Below the pieces are notes generated by a model that did no database searches, was not told the origin of the DNA, and saw only the letters and a list, made by a program, of their open reading frames with translations. 64,000 bases of DNA from an uncultured bacterium. Lineage in GTDB: Bacteria > Patescibacteriota > Minisyncoccia > Phycocordibacterales > PALSA-1337. This document shows positions 10,737 through 20,260 of this stretch, in pieces. Each line of letters begins with the position of its first letter. Positions within the stretch are counted from its first letter, which is position 1. The DNA lies in contig CAIQIZ010000021.1 in the NCBI GenBank assembly GCA_903872035.1, positions 18,157 to 82,156 on the forward strand. The letters run 5' to 3'. The position numbers and the translations under genes were made by a program.

Positions 10737-11507
10737 TCATTTTAGCGAATACCTGCTCCAACGGCGTTCACCTTCCTTTTTGACTATCCCCTTTTCTACT
10801 AATTCCAGCAATTCACGCTGGATCGTCTTCTGGCTGCAATCCTTGATGACTTTAGAGAAGTCCTTTATGGTCAAATTCGACTGCGTCTTTAGGACATTCA
10901 AAATCGTCTCCCGACGATTAGACTTTTTCTCTTGCAAACCACCTTGTCCTTTAGTGTATCGCTCTTCTCGGCCATTCTCCTGACTCCTAGCTCCTTGCTC
11001 TTGGCTCCTAGTGCTCCTACTGTCTGACTTGAACCCGCTGACAAATAAATCGGGTGTTTTGAAAAAAGACTCAGAAAGGACATAACCAGCCTTTTCGGCG
11101 CTCATAGCCAGACGATCTCGGAGCATAGATACGATGTTATCAATTTCACGGACCAACAGGCGATGATTCATCTCGGATACCAGATTGGAGATCCTGGCCA
11201 CATTCAATAGAGAGAGGGTTTCCAAGGCTGCAGTAAACAGTGACTGTATGACGATATTTTTATCGCCAGGCATAGAGCTTGATGCAGTGAAAGATGAGGA
11301 CAAAAGGTCAATACCACGATCACGCAATTCCCACTTGATAGGCTCATCGTCCTTTAGAAGTCCCGAGACCAAGTAAAGAGCAGCTGTAATCTTTTCTGTC
11401 TTTTTGAATATGTACAATAGGTATTCTTCCGCAGAGAAAAACCCCAATGTTTTCCAGTTCAATGGGTTATTGAAGGATTCTTGATTATTTGATTCTTTGT
11501 TGTCCAT
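10737..11507 (-). CDS. Protein with helical N-terminal domain and C-terminal DeoR-like winged HTH
   Basis: C-terminal RRETILNVL...LTIKD...CSQKTIQRELLELVEKGIVKKEGERRWSRY. Confidence 0.65.
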   Translation of the reverse strand: MDNKESNNQESFNNPLNWKTLGFFSAEEYLLYIFKKTEKITAALYLVSGLLKDDEPIKWELRDRGIDLLSSSFTASSSMPGDKNIVIQSLFTAALETLSLLNVARISNLVSEMNHRLLVREIDNIVSMLRDRLAMSAEKAGYVLSESFFKTPDLFVSGFKSDSRSTRSQEQGARSQENGREERYTKGQGGLQEKKSNRRETILNVLKTQSNLTIKDFSKVIKDCSQKTIQRELLELVEKGIVKKEGERRWSRYSLK

Positions 11508-11614
11508 TATAGCTATAGGTCTGTCCTTTTGACGCCGAACCACTTGTCCTATACAAAACGCGTGTTTTCCTTGTCCCTTATGTGTCCATTATAGTCGGAG
11601 TATGCTCAATTGCA

Positions 11615-11687
11615 AGCGGCTACAGAAATCCTTCCGTTTGCCGTTGGCCCACAACGCTCAAACAGAAGGATTTCTTTCGCCACGCTC
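11615..11687. repeat. Hairpin repeat family 1, intergenic copy
   Basis: agaaatccttc-cgttt-gccgttggcccacaacgctc-aaaca-gaaggatttct. Confidence 0.8.
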
Positions 11688-11742
11688 ATTCACTGGCAAC
11701 TGATAACACGATTTCTATTCTCATATGCTATTATTAGAGATT

Positions 11743-14088
11743 ATGGCAAAGAAGAAAGAAAAGGACTTGGGAAAAAAGATCAGATTTTGGGATGAGATGC
11801 GCGATGAGACGGTACAGGTGATACTCTCCATATTCTCCTTCGTAATCACCATATTGACCTTGTTGGCGGCTTTTTATCATGGCGACAACAGTAACTATGC
11901 CGGTCCGATCGGCAACTTTTTCTATACTTATATGACAAAGCTTTTTGGCATCGGCTATTTCCTTGTTCCGATGGCTTTCGCCATGCTCGGTGTCTCATTC
12001 CTTCAAGGATTAAAGAAAAAGATAGAGATATCCAAGGTGCTCGGCGTCTTTCTCTTCTTCATCACCGGATTAGGCCTATTGAATATCGCCTACTCTGACG
12101 CTGGTGGCATAGTCGGTCGAACGATCGACTACCCGCTCGTGAAACTGCTCGATACCATTGCGAGCGCGATCCTCTTGGCCGCCATCCTCATTGTCGGAGT
12201 GATCATGACATTCAACTTGTATTTCACCTTCGCCGATCTACGAGAATGGAAAGAGGAAAGGAAGCTAAGACTGGAAGCAAAAGGTAAAAAGGAAGATGTC
12301 GGCAAAACAACCTCTGGTATAGACAAGAGCGAAGAGGAGTTCATAGCTCAAGCGGTAGCAAAGGCCAAGAGCGGTGGAGAATTGACGGCCCGAGAAGCCG
12401 AGGCGGCAGCTGCCAAAGCCCGTCTCGACGCAATGGAAAACAAGAAAGCAAAGACTGGAAAGCCTTTGGACACTGACGATCTTTCCGACTTCAAGACATT
12501 GGGGCTTTCGGCTGTCGCCTTGCCGCATCTCTTACCTTTCACTCCCCCACCTCTGACCTTGCTCGAAAAAGATCGTGGCAAGCCGGAGACCGGAGATATC
12601 AAAGCTAACGCTAATATAATCAAACGAACGCTGCAGAACTTCGGGATAACGGTAGAAATGGATGAGATTTCCATAGGCCCATCGGTCACTCGCTATGCCC
12701 TGAAACCGGCTGAAGGAGTGAAGCTCTCTCGGATAGTCACTTTGAACAATGATCTTTCCTTGGCTTTGGCAGCCCACCCTATCCGCATCGAAGCACCGAT
12801 CCCGGGAAAATCTCTGGTCGGCATAGAAGTACCGAACACTGCCAAGACTACCGTCGGATTGGCAACCCTTCTTTCCTCACCTGATTTTCAGGAATCAGAG
12901 AAGCCTCTATACATGTCGCTTGGTAAAGACATCACCGGAATGGCCCACTTCGCCAATCTAAGCAAAGCTCCACACATGCTCATCGCTGGAACTACTGGTT
13001 CTGGAAAATCGGTTACCATTCACGCACTTATAACTTCCCTCTTGTACCGCAACTCTCCCGAGAATATGAAGTTCATCATGATCGACCCAAAACGCGTGGA
13101 GCTGACTTTGTACAACAAGATTCCCCACCTTCTCACTCCAGTCATCACTGATCCAAAGAAGGCTATCCTGGCTCTGAAATGGGCAGCCAAAGAGATGAGC
13201 CGCCGATACGACATTTTGGAAAAGAACGCGGCTCGCGACATCGATTCATACCACAAGACGATCTTGGCGCCGGCATTGGCAGCCTGGAGCAAGGAGGAAG
13301 GAGCAAACAGGAAGAAGGAAGGGGATCCTGGCTCCTCACTCCTAGCTCCTAGCTCCTTGCCCGAGACAATGCCGTTCATTGTGATCGTCATCGATGAGTT
13401 GGCTGATATCATGCAGACCTACCCACGCGAACTGGAAGCAGCTATAGTTCGGTTGGCGCAGATGAGCCGGGCCGTCGGCATCCATCTTGTCATCTCCACC
13501 CAAAGACCGAGTGTCAACGTCATCACCGGTCTCATCAAGGCGAATATCCCTTCTCGCATCGCCCTACAAGTCTCTTCGCAGATCGATTCACGGACTATCC
13601 TCGATCAAATGGGCGCCGAAAAGTTGCTTGGCGCTGGCGATATGCTCTATCTGGGCGGCGAGATGTCCAAGCCGGTCCGCTTGCAATCAGCTTTCATCTC
13701 CGAATCTGAAGTCAAACGCGTCGTCAAATTCCTGACCGACCAATATCGCGACGAGATCATGAATGAGATCAACTTGACCCCGACAGAAGCCGGAGCTTCA
13801 GCTGCTTTCGATGCCATGACCGGAGACGACTCTCTGGAAGAGGAAGATGAGCTCTACGAGGCCGCTCGAGAAGAAGTCACCTCTGCCGGCAAAGCTTCAA
13901 CATCGTATATTCAAAGAAAATTGGGAGTCGGCTATTCGCGGGCCGCCAAGCTCATGGATCTCCTGGAAGAACATGGTGTCATCGGGCCTGCTAATGGATC
14001 TAAGCCTAGAGAGATCATCGGAGTCGGAGCAGGACTTGAGCAGGAAGTTCCAAAAATTGAAACTACTGAAACCACAGAAAGTTCATAA
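11743..14088 (+). CDS. ftsK: DNA translocase FtsK/SpoIIIE
   Basis: N-terminal TMs, GTTGSGKS, IDPKRVEL, IDELAD, TQRPSV, gamma domain QRKLGVGYSRAA. Confidence 0.96.
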   Translation: MAKKKEKDLGKKIRFWDEMRDETVQVILSIFSFVITILTLLAAFYHGDNSNYAGPIGNFFYTYMTKLFGIGYFLVPMAFAMLGVSFLQGLKKKIEISKVLGVFLFFITGLGLLNIAYSDAGGIVGRTIDYPLVKLLDTIASAILLAAILIVGVIMTFNLYFTFADLREWKEERKLRLEAKGKKEDVGKTTSGIDKSEEEFIAQAVAKAKSGGELTAREAEAAAAKARLDAMENKKAKTGKPLDTDDLSDFKTLGLSAVALPHLLPFTPPPLTLLEKDRGKPETGDIKANANIIKRTLQNFGITVEMDEISIGPSVTRYALKPAEGVKLSRIVTLNNDLSLALAAHPIRIEAPIPGKSLVGIEVPNTAKTTVGLATLLSSPDFQESEKPLYMSLGKDITGMAHFANLSKAPHMLIAGTTGSGKSVTIHALITSLLYRNSPENMKFIMIDPKRVELTLYNKIPHLLTPVITDPKKAILALKWAAKEMSRRYDILEKNAARDIDSYHKTILAPALAAWSKEEGANRKKEGDPGSSLLAPSSLPETMPFIVIVIDELADIMQTYPRELEAAIVRLAQMSRAVGIHLVISTQRPSVNVITGLIKANIPSRIALQVSSQIDSRTILDQMGAEKLLGAGDMLYLGGEMSKPVRLQSAFISESEVKRVVKFLTDQYRDEIMNEINLTPTEAGASAAFDAMTGDDSLEEEDELYEAAREEVTSAGKASTSYIQRKLGVGYSRAAKLMDLLEEHGVIGPANGSKPREIIGVGAGLEQEVPKIETTETTESS

Positions 14089-14117
14089 AGTCAGAAAGTT
14101 TTAAAGTTCGTAAAGTC
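14077..14117 (+). repeat. Tandem 8-9-mer (t/g)aaagt(t/c) array, left flank of the four-helix-bundle gene
   Basis: gaaagttca taaagtca gaaagttt taaagttcg taaagtc, running into the ATG. Confidence 0.75.
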
Positions 14118-14462
14118 ATGAAGATTGAAAGATTCGAAGACATAATAACCTGGCAGAAAGCTAAGGAACTTAGTTTGCTTTGTTATGTACTCTTTAAGAA
14201 CAATAAGGACTTTAAATACAGAGATCAGATACTATCTGCGGTTGTTTCTATTATGAATAATATCGCCGAGGGATTCGAAAGAAAAGGAAATGTGGAATTA
14301 AAACGATTCCTATTTATAGCAAAAGGTTCTTCGGGTGAAGTTAGATCTATGCTATATTTGGCCCTCGAATTGAAATATATTTCCGAGCAAGATTTTAATA
14401 AATGCTATAACCTTGCTTTAGATGTGTCCAAAATGCTTTCTGGCTTTATTAAGACTTTATGA
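14118..14462 (+). CDS. Four helix bundle protein (23S rRNA intervening-sequence protein family)
   Basis: FEDIITWQKA, DQILSAVVSIMNNIAEGFER, FLFIAKGSSGEVRS. Confidence 0.9.
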   Translation: MKIERFEDIITWQKAKELSLLCYVLFKNNKDFKYRDQILSAVVSIMNNIAEGFERKGNVELKRFLFIAKGSSGEVRSMLYLALELKYISEQDFNKCYNLALDVSKMLSGFIKTL

Positions 14463-14499
14463 ACTTTCTAACTTGTCACTTTACGAACTTATGACTTTG
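14453..14499 (-). repeat. Inverted copy of the 8-9-mer array, right flank
   Basis: gacttta tgaactttc taacttgt cacttta cgaactta tgactttg. Confidence 0.75.
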
Positions 14500-14907
14500 A
14501 CTCGCACCAACACCCTTCGTCTTATCCGATTCATCGGCATCGGTCTCATCGTGACATTAATAGTGGTTTACGCTATCTGGCGCTCTTTGAATTACGCCCG
14601 TGGACCCGAGATAGATGTCTTCGATCCGTCGAATGGATCTTCCATGAGTTCCTCAACAGTCGCTATCCATGGACGCGCCCTACGTGTAAATAACTTATTT
14701 TTGAATGGAAATGCGGTTTCGGTCGATCAGCAAGGCAATTTCAGCGAGACGGTCATCGTCTTTCCCGGCATGAACGTCCTTACATTGACCGGACAGGATC
14801 AATTCGGAAGGAATACAAGAAAAGAATTGGAAATCGTCGGAATGGTTAATCTACCGATGGCTCATTCATTGATCCCGCCTGTGACATCGACTAGCACGCA
14901 GCAATAG
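14491..14907 (+). CDS. Membrane-anchored Ig-like protein
   Basis: One N-terminal TM; GP.I....P; LNGNAV..DQQGNFSE...PGMN...DQFG. Confidence 0.65.
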   Translation: MTLTRTNTLRLIRFIGIGLIVTLIVVYAIWRSLNYARGPEIDVFDPSNGSSMSSSTVAIHGRALRVNNLFLNGNAVSVDQQGNFSETVIVFPGMNVLTLTGQDQFGRNTRKELEIVGMVNLPMAHSLIPPVTSTSTQQ

Positions 14908-15006
14908 TTCGTAAAGCTAGAAAGTTTGTAAAGTTCATAAAGCCTTTGAAAGCTGACTTTCGGTGCGATACTTTATGAACTTTTAAACTTGTAACTTTCA
15001 AACTTC
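14906..15006. repeat. Gene-less inverted pair of 8-9-mer arrays
   Basis: aaagct/aaagtt units, a short spacer, then aacttt units. Confidence 0.7.
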
Positions 15007-15140
15007 TGCTGTTGTAACTTTTCATAAAATGGTATTATTGCCATACGCCTGTACATTATTATTTTGCAAATATTCCTTCCATAACTCGAAGCCTGCTCGA
15101 GAACGGAAGGTATTTTGTAATTTCTAACAAGAATTAACCT

Positions 15141-16274
15141 ATGCCAGCAAATAAAATAGCGAGTACGAAATTGAAAACAAAAAATGAGGACGCTTCCCTA
15201 GTTACCGCCGACATTGTGCCGACCAAAGAAGCCGCCGAGACCGCCAATCAAAAAAAGGCAACCGATGCTGCCAAGAAAATCGTCGACCGCCAAGCAGCCG
15301 GCCAAGCCGGGATCAGAGATGCCCTAGATGCGATCCGCACCAAATTCGGCGAAGATTCGATAATGAAGCTGGGTGAAAAACCTAAAGTTAACGTCAACGC
15401 TGTACCGACCGGATCACTCGGCCTCGATTGGGCCTTGGGGATCGGTGGTATGCCTAGAGGACGCATTATAGAGATATTCGGTCCGGAATCGTCCGGCAAG
15501 ACTACCCTGGCGCTACACGTAGTCGCTGAAGCCCAAAAGCTCGGCGGCATTTGTGCTTATATCGATGCTGAACACGCCATGGACCCTGAGTACGCCAAGC
15601 GCTTGGGAGTAAAGATAGACGACCTGCTCATTTCCCAACCAGACACAGGTGAACAAGCTTTGGAGATCGTCGAGAGTTTGATCCGCACCGGCAAGATGGA
15701 CGTGGTCGTCATCGATTCCGTTGCCGCCCTAACACCTAAAGCTGAAATCGAAGGTGATATGGGGGCTCACCATATCGGAACTCAAGCGCGCCTAATGTCC
15801 CAAGCCCTCCGCAAACTTACAGCGATCGTGGCTAAGTCAAAAACCATAGTAATATTCATCAACCAGATCCGCATGCAGATAGGAGTGATGTTCGGCAATC
15901 CAGAAACGACTCCGGGTGGCAAGGCTTTGAAATTCTATGCTTCGGTCCGTTTAGACATCCGCCGTATAGCCCAGATCAAGAAAGGTGAAGAGATCATGGG
16001 TGGACGTTGCCGAGTCAAAGTCGTTAAGAATAAGGTTGCGGCGCCATTCAAGCAGACTGAATTCGATCTCATGTATAACGAAGGTATCTCTCAAGAGGGT
16101 GAGATCATTGCTCTTGGAGAGAAATATGAATTGCTTCAAAAGACTGGCTCTTCCTATTCATTCGGCGAAACTAAACTTGGACGCGGCTATGATGCTACTA
16201 GACAATTCTTGAAAGAGAATCCGAAAGTGCGTGAAGAGATTCTTGGTAAGATACGAGAAAAACTGAACGCGTAA
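15141..16274 (+). CDS. recA: Recombinase RecA
   Basis: [39 protein letters not shown]. Confidence 0.98.
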   Translation: MPANKIASTKLKTKNEDASLVTADIVPTKEAAETANQKKATDAAKKIVDRQAAGQAGIRDALDAIRTKFGEDSIMKLGEKPKVNVNAVPTGSLGLDWALGIGGMPRGRIIEIFGPESSGKTTLALHVVAEAQKLGGICAYIDAEHAMDPEYAKRLGVKIDDLLISQPDTGEQALEIVESLIRTGKMDVVVIDSVAALTPKAEIEGDMGAHHIGTQARLMSQALRKLTAIVAKSKTIVIFINQIRMQIGVMFGNPETTPGGKALKFYASVRLDIRRIAQIKKGEEIMGGRCRVKVVKNKVAAPFKQTEFDLMYNEGISQEGEIIALGEKYELLQKTGSSYSFGETKLGRGYDATRQFLKENPKVREEILGKIREKLNA

Positions 16275-16294
16275 ATCAAGATATCCAGACACTT

Positions 16295-16340
16295 CCCCAC
16301 CTCGCTTACCTACCAAATAAGTGGTGGGGTTTTGTCTTTT
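16295..16340 (+). terminator. Probable recA terminator
   Basis: ccccac...gtgggg followed by a T-rich run. Confidence 0.5.
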
Positions 16341-16405
16341 ATGTCGCCTATGCTACTGTCTGGTCTGAACACCCAAACTGCACAATAAAAGAAAGTGAAC
16401 TCATT

Positions 16406-16798
16406 ATGAATTGCTCCATTATAGGTTGGTGGAACCAGCCTGATTTCCACACGCTAGCAATAGTCAAGAACCGCGCAGGAGTTGTGTCCATAGACAATTC
16501 ACACGTTTTTTCCGGGATTCTATTTGTCCACAAGGATGGCCACATCGACGAGAGCGTTTCCCTCTTGATCGACAAGAATGGCCTTGCAACGTTGTCGAAC
16601 GCAAGGATTGACCTTATAATCGGAACTATCTCGTTCATCAAAACATACGTGAGACGAAATGACTCTATTTTCTATCAAGCCTCCTACGTGGAGAAAGACC
16701 GCTGCTGGCGCGGCGAATTCAATGGCGAAGCGACCGGCCACGGAACAACAGCTTTCGTCATCCAGGAACTACCGGACTCTTTGTTCGTCGAAGATTGA
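16406..16798 (+). CDS. Hypothetical protein
   Basis: 130-aa ORF filling the recA-efp gap, followed by a hairpin and T-tract. Confidence 0.55.
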   Translation: MNCSIIGWWNQPDFHTLAIVKNRAGVVSIDNSHVFSGILFVHKDGHIDESVSLLIDKNGLATLSNARIDLIIGTISFIKTYVRRNDSIFYQASYVEKDRCWRGEFNGEATGHGTTAFVIQELPDSLFVED

Positions 16799-16936
16799 AG
16801 TTAGCACAGCCCGCCTTTGGGCAAATGGGGTGTTGAGTATCGACACCCCTTTTTTATTTACATTTTGCTTTTTCCTCTGAAACCGTATAGAATGGCTCAA
16901 TCACCTTATTATTCACCATTTACCCATCAATACACT

Positions 16937-17503
16937 ATGTCCCTACTCGAATACAACGAAGTAACTGAGAAGAAATTTATCGTCTTGGACGGCCAGCCTT
17001 ATGAAGTGCTCTCATCTCACGTCTTCCGCAAGCAGCAAAGAAAGCCGGTTAACGCTACCAAGCTGAAGAACCTCATGTCCGGCAAGGTCACAGAGTATTC
17101 TTTCCATCAATCAGAAAAGATCGAGGAAGCTGAGATCGAATCCCGTGAAGTAAAATACTTGTATAACAACCGTGGCGAATGGTGGTTCAGCGAAGATAAA
17201 GATCCGACCAAGCGCTTCAAAGTCACCAACGAGAACGTGGGTCCGCAAGGACGCTTTCTCAAAGCCAATACGGTCGTTGAACAACTCCTCTTCAAAGACC
17301 AGCCTATGGGCTTCAAAATGCCTATAAATGCCGAACTGAAAGTCACCGAAGCTCCACCAAATGTCAAAGGTGATACAGCGACTGGTGGCCAGAAGACGGT
17401 CACCTTGGAAACTGGCGCCACCATCAACGTTCCCCTCTTTGTTAACGAAGGCGATGTGATTAAGATCAATACGGACACGGGAGAGTATCGAGAGCGAGTT
17501 TAG
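16937..17503 (+). CDS. efp: Elongation factor P with non-canonical tip loop
   Basis: KVTEAPPNVKGDTATGGQKTVTLETGATINVPLFVNEGDVIKINTDTGEYRERV. Confidence 0.95.
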   Translation: MSLLEYNEVTEKKFIVLDGQPYEVLSSHVFRKQQRKPVNATKLKNLMSGKVTEYSFHQSEKIEEAEIESREVKYLYNNRGEWWFSEDKDPTKRFKVTNENVGPQGRFLKANTVVEQLLFKDQPMGFKMPINAELKVTEAPPNVKGDTATGGQKTVTLETGATINVPLFVNEGDVIKINTDTGEYRERV

Positions 17504-17510
17504 GAAATAG

Positions 17511-17663
17511 AAGCTCAGCAAACAAAGTCTTCGAGCCGAGTCGCAATGCGATTTGAGCCATGAACAAATTGCCCGTATGTGCTGAATCCTTGGAAGCACA
17601 TACGGGTGCAATTTGGAATGGCGACCTTGCGAGGAGGTGAGAAGACCTTGTTTGCTGAGCTTA
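17511..17663. repeat. About 150-bp rod-like inverted repeat (MITE/REP-like)
   Basis: Outer arms aagctcagcaaacaaagtcttc / gaagaccttgtttgctgagctt (1 mismatch in 22); inner ccgtatgtgct/agcacatacgg. Confidence 0.75.
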
Positions 17664-17694
17664 AGATTTTTGCGCTAGAACTCATCGAGGATTA

Positions 17695-17721
17695 GAAAAA
17701 TCCCCTGCCCGGGGATTTTTC
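17695..17721. terminator. Bidirectional terminator between convergent efp and rpsR
   Basis: gaaaaatcccc-tgccc-ggggatttttc. Confidence 0.75.
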
Positions 17722-17754
17722 GTGTCTCTGAATGACCACCTCCGCAAGTTTCAC

Positions 17755-17958
17755 TTAGCTAGCTACGAAAGGCAGAAGTCCCATGAACCTTGCACGCTTC
17801 ACAGCAGTGGCGAGTTGGCGCTGATACTTGGCGGCGATGCCAGTGCGCTTGCGACTAAGGATGCGTCCGTGCGGATTCAAGAACTTCCTCAGGATCTCTG
17901 TATCCTTGTAGTCGATGAATTTGATGTTGTGTTGGCTAAAATAGCATTGTTTCTTCAT
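17755..17958 (-). CDS. rpsR: 30S ribosomal protein S18
   Basis: IDYKD..LRKFL...GRILSRKRTG...YQRQLATAVKRARFMGLLPF. Confidence 0.97.
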   Translation of the reverse strand: MKKQCYFSQHNIKFIDYKDTEILRKFLNPHGRILSRKRTGIAAKYQRQLATAVKRARFMGLLPFVAS

Positions 17959-17979
17959 GTTGATGATTTGATTATAGGA

Positions 17980-18462
17980 TTAAAACGGTATGTCGTCAGG
18001 ATTGATCTCTTCCTTCGGATATTCGATGGCTTCGCCAGGCGCGGCTCCCTTTTCATCAGAGATACCTTCTGGCACAGCCCCTTCAGAAACCGCCGCCTTG
18101 GTAGCATTAGATGGGCTTGAACCGGCGCTTCCAGGACCCTTCCAACCAAACTGTATATTGTCAGCAATGATCTCTGTGCGATATCTTTTCTCGCCATTTG
18201 GAGTTTCCCAGGAACGAGTCTGGAGGCGGCCTTCGACGAGAGCTTGCTGCCCCTTCTTCAAATATTGAGCTGACAATTCGCCGAGTTTGGCAAAGGCTAC
18301 AACGTTGTGAAACTCAGTAGTATCCTTGAGGACACCCTCTTTATCCTTATATTTTCGATTGGTGGCAACGCTCAGATTGGCGACCTTCGTTCCGGATGGC
18401 AAGGCCTTCAATTCCGGATCGCGGGTCAGATTACCTATGAGATATACTTTATTTAGGTACAT
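17980..18462 (-). CDS. ssb: Single-stranded DNA-binding protein
   Basis: NKVYLIGNLTRDPE...VEGRLQTRSW...DDIPF. Confidence 0.98.
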   Translation of the reverse strand: MYLNKVYLIGNLTRDPELKALPSGTKVANLSVATNRKYKDKEGVLKDTTEFHNVVAFAKLGELSAQYLKKGQQALVEGRLQTRSWETPNGEKRYRTEIIADNIQFGWKGPGSAGSSPSNATKAAVSEGAVPEGISDEKGAAPGEAIEYPKEEINPDDIPF

Positions 18463-18466
18463 GTTA

Positions 18467-18557
18467 TTTATAAGTTAGAAAGTTTACAAGTTTGAAAGTT
18501 GCAAGTTATTTTATGCCGGACTTTATGAACCTTCTAACTTGATGAACTTTATAAACT
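18467..18557. repeat. Gene-less inverted pair of 8-9-mer arrays between rpsF and ssb
   Basis: taagtta gaaagttt acaagttt gaaagtt gcaagtt ... gactttat gaaccttc taacttg atgaacttt ataaact. Confidence 0.7.
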
Positions 18558-18567
18558 GTTAATGTGA

Positions 18568-19071
18568 TTACACCTCTTTGACCATTTCATCTATGCTCTT
18601 ATCCATCTCTTCGATGGTTGCAGGAGCAGCATCCTTCTTCTCGATTGGAGCAGCATCAACTCCCTTGATAACTGGCCGTTTCAAGGTCAGGTTGGCGACC
18701 ACTTCAGCGGCGCGCTTGCCGAGATAAGTGTTCTCTCGAACCGTGGTAATGAGGAGCATTCGTAAGACAGTCGGGATGAGCGAGACGGCATTCTTTACAG
18801 CCTCAACCTTGAGAGAAGAGACCTCGAACTTGACCCATCCAAAATATGCCTCCTCATACTTCTCGTACGAACCGGCAACAGTCTTCCGACGCATCGTATA
18901 AGCCAGATGCTCTCGATGCGGCATCTCTTCGGCTATGACTTCAGCTCCGGAATCAACGATTATCTTCTTAACCTTATCAGTTTCAGCTCCGACTTGATCT
19001 TCCGGAACCGACGAAATGATGAGGTACCCTATCTCGTAGACCGCTAGGCGGTCATCATGAATATCATTCAT
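18568..19071 (-). CDS. rpsF: 30S ribosomal protein S6
   Basis: YEIGYLI...LAY...AYFGWVKF...VLRMLL; rpsF-ssb-rpsR synteny. Confidence 0.9.
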   Translation of the reverse strand: MNDIHDDRLAVYEIGYLIISSVPEDQVGAETDKVKKIIVDSGAEVIAEEMPHREHLAYTMRRKTVAGSYEKYEEAYFGWVKFEVSSLKVEAVKNAVSLIPTVLRMLLITTVRENTYLGKRAAEVVANLTLKRPVIKGVDAAPIEKKDAAPATIEEMDKSIDEMVKEV

Positions 19072-19074
19072 ATT

Positions 19075-19180
19075 GTTTTGCAGTCAGCTACCTGTCTATT
19101 TACAGGACCTCTATTCGCATTGAGACCATCTCCGGCAGGTGGGATGGGTCCCAAGTGGCAAAATCAAGGACTTACTGCGA
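19075..19180 (-). promoter_or_regulatory. Structured rpsF leader, candidate S6:S18 autoregulatory RNA
   Basis: Nested stems directly upstream of rpsF. The position fits the known leader but the motif match is unverified. Confidence 0.3.
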
Positions 19181-19337
19181 TTACGTACTGTTATTAATGT
19201 ATTCACGAGACTACCACACAAATGCCCTGCCCTGCAAGAGCTAGAGGCCCTAAGAGCTTACTAAATCAGTATGAAGAAAGGTTAAAAATTGTCTCAAGAA
19301 ACGATAAAAAATGTCTCAAGAAAGCGTGAAGAGGAAC

Positions 19338-19399
19338 GCGAATGGCCATGTCCCACTTCAAACGGGCCCACCGTTCTGAAGCAGGACATAGCCATTCGC
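19338..19399. repeat. Hairpin with gccca loop, possibly a divergent family 1 member
   Basis: gcgaatggc..tgtcc..cttca aacgg-gccca-ccgtt c tgaag..ggaca..gccattcgc. Confidence 0.55.
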
Positions 19400-20248
19400 T
19401 TATACTAACTTAAAGAATCGCTTCGCATTCGCTAGAACTTGTTTGGCCACGACTTCTTCTGATTGGCACTTGATCATGGCCAAACTTTTCACAGCTTCGA
19501 TGACATAGGCGGGTTCATTGCGCTTGCCACGGTAAAGTTTCGGGGCAACGAACGGGCAATCGGTTTCAGTCATAATGCGATCAAGAGGGACATATCTGAT
19601 GACTTCGTCGTAATTGCGAGCGAAGGTGATCACGCCAGTAAACGAGAATGCGTAGCCAAGATCCAAAAAAGGCCTAGCTTCTTCTATGGTTCCAGCAAAA
19701 AAATGTAGGTCACCTTTGACTTTGGATCTCTCTTTGATGATTTGGTAAGCATCATTGTAAGCCGACCCAGTTGATGCTTTTTCCGGATTGCGCAAGTGAA
19801 GCATCAACGGCTTACTAACTTCATTTGCGACATCTATCATCGTTTCGAATGTTTGGCGCTGCTTCTTGGTAGACTCTTCATTCAAGCGATAATAATCCAG
19901 ACCACATTCACCTATAGCCACGACTTTCGGGTCACGGGCTAGGTCGACATAAGCTTGCTTATCCACAGCTTCTCCCCTTGATGTGAACTCTTTACCACCT
20001 TCCCCCAGTTCCTGTGTATCATGATGGGAAGCTGTTGTGTGAATGGGATGTAGACCGACAGCAGCAAACATATTCTCATGTTTATGAGCCAATTCAATGG
20101 CTATCCGCGAGGTATCGATTTGAGTGCCGACGGTGATCATTGCCACCCCCGCTTCTTGGGCACGTTTGATGACCTCCTCCCTATCGGAATCGTAGGCGGA
20201 AAAATTCACGTGACCATGAATGTCTATGTAAGAATATGGTTTTGACAT
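19400..20248 (-). CDS. tatD: TatD family deoxyribonuclease
   Basis: IDIHGH, VGLHP, IGECGLDY, ETDCPF, RNEP. Confidence 0.93.
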   Translation of the reverse strand: MSKPYSYIDIHGHVNFSAYDSDREEVIKRAQEAGVAMITVGTQIDTSRIAIELAHKHENMFAAVGLHPIHTTASHHDTQELGEGGKEFTSRGEAVDKQAYVDLARDPKVVAIGECGLDYYRLNEESTKKQRQTFETMIDVANEVSKPLMLHLRNPEKASTGSAYNDAYQIIKERSKVKGDLHFFAGTIEEARPFLDLGYAFSFTGVITFARNYDEVIRYVPLDRIMTETDCPFVAPKLYRGKRNEPAYVIEAVKSLAMIKCQSEEVVAKQVLANAKRFFKLV

Positions 20249-20260
20249 AAGAACACTGAT

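Noticed and set aside
14077-18557. CRISPR array
   Set aside because: Units are 8-9 nt, degenerate and lack unique spacers; no cas genes are present
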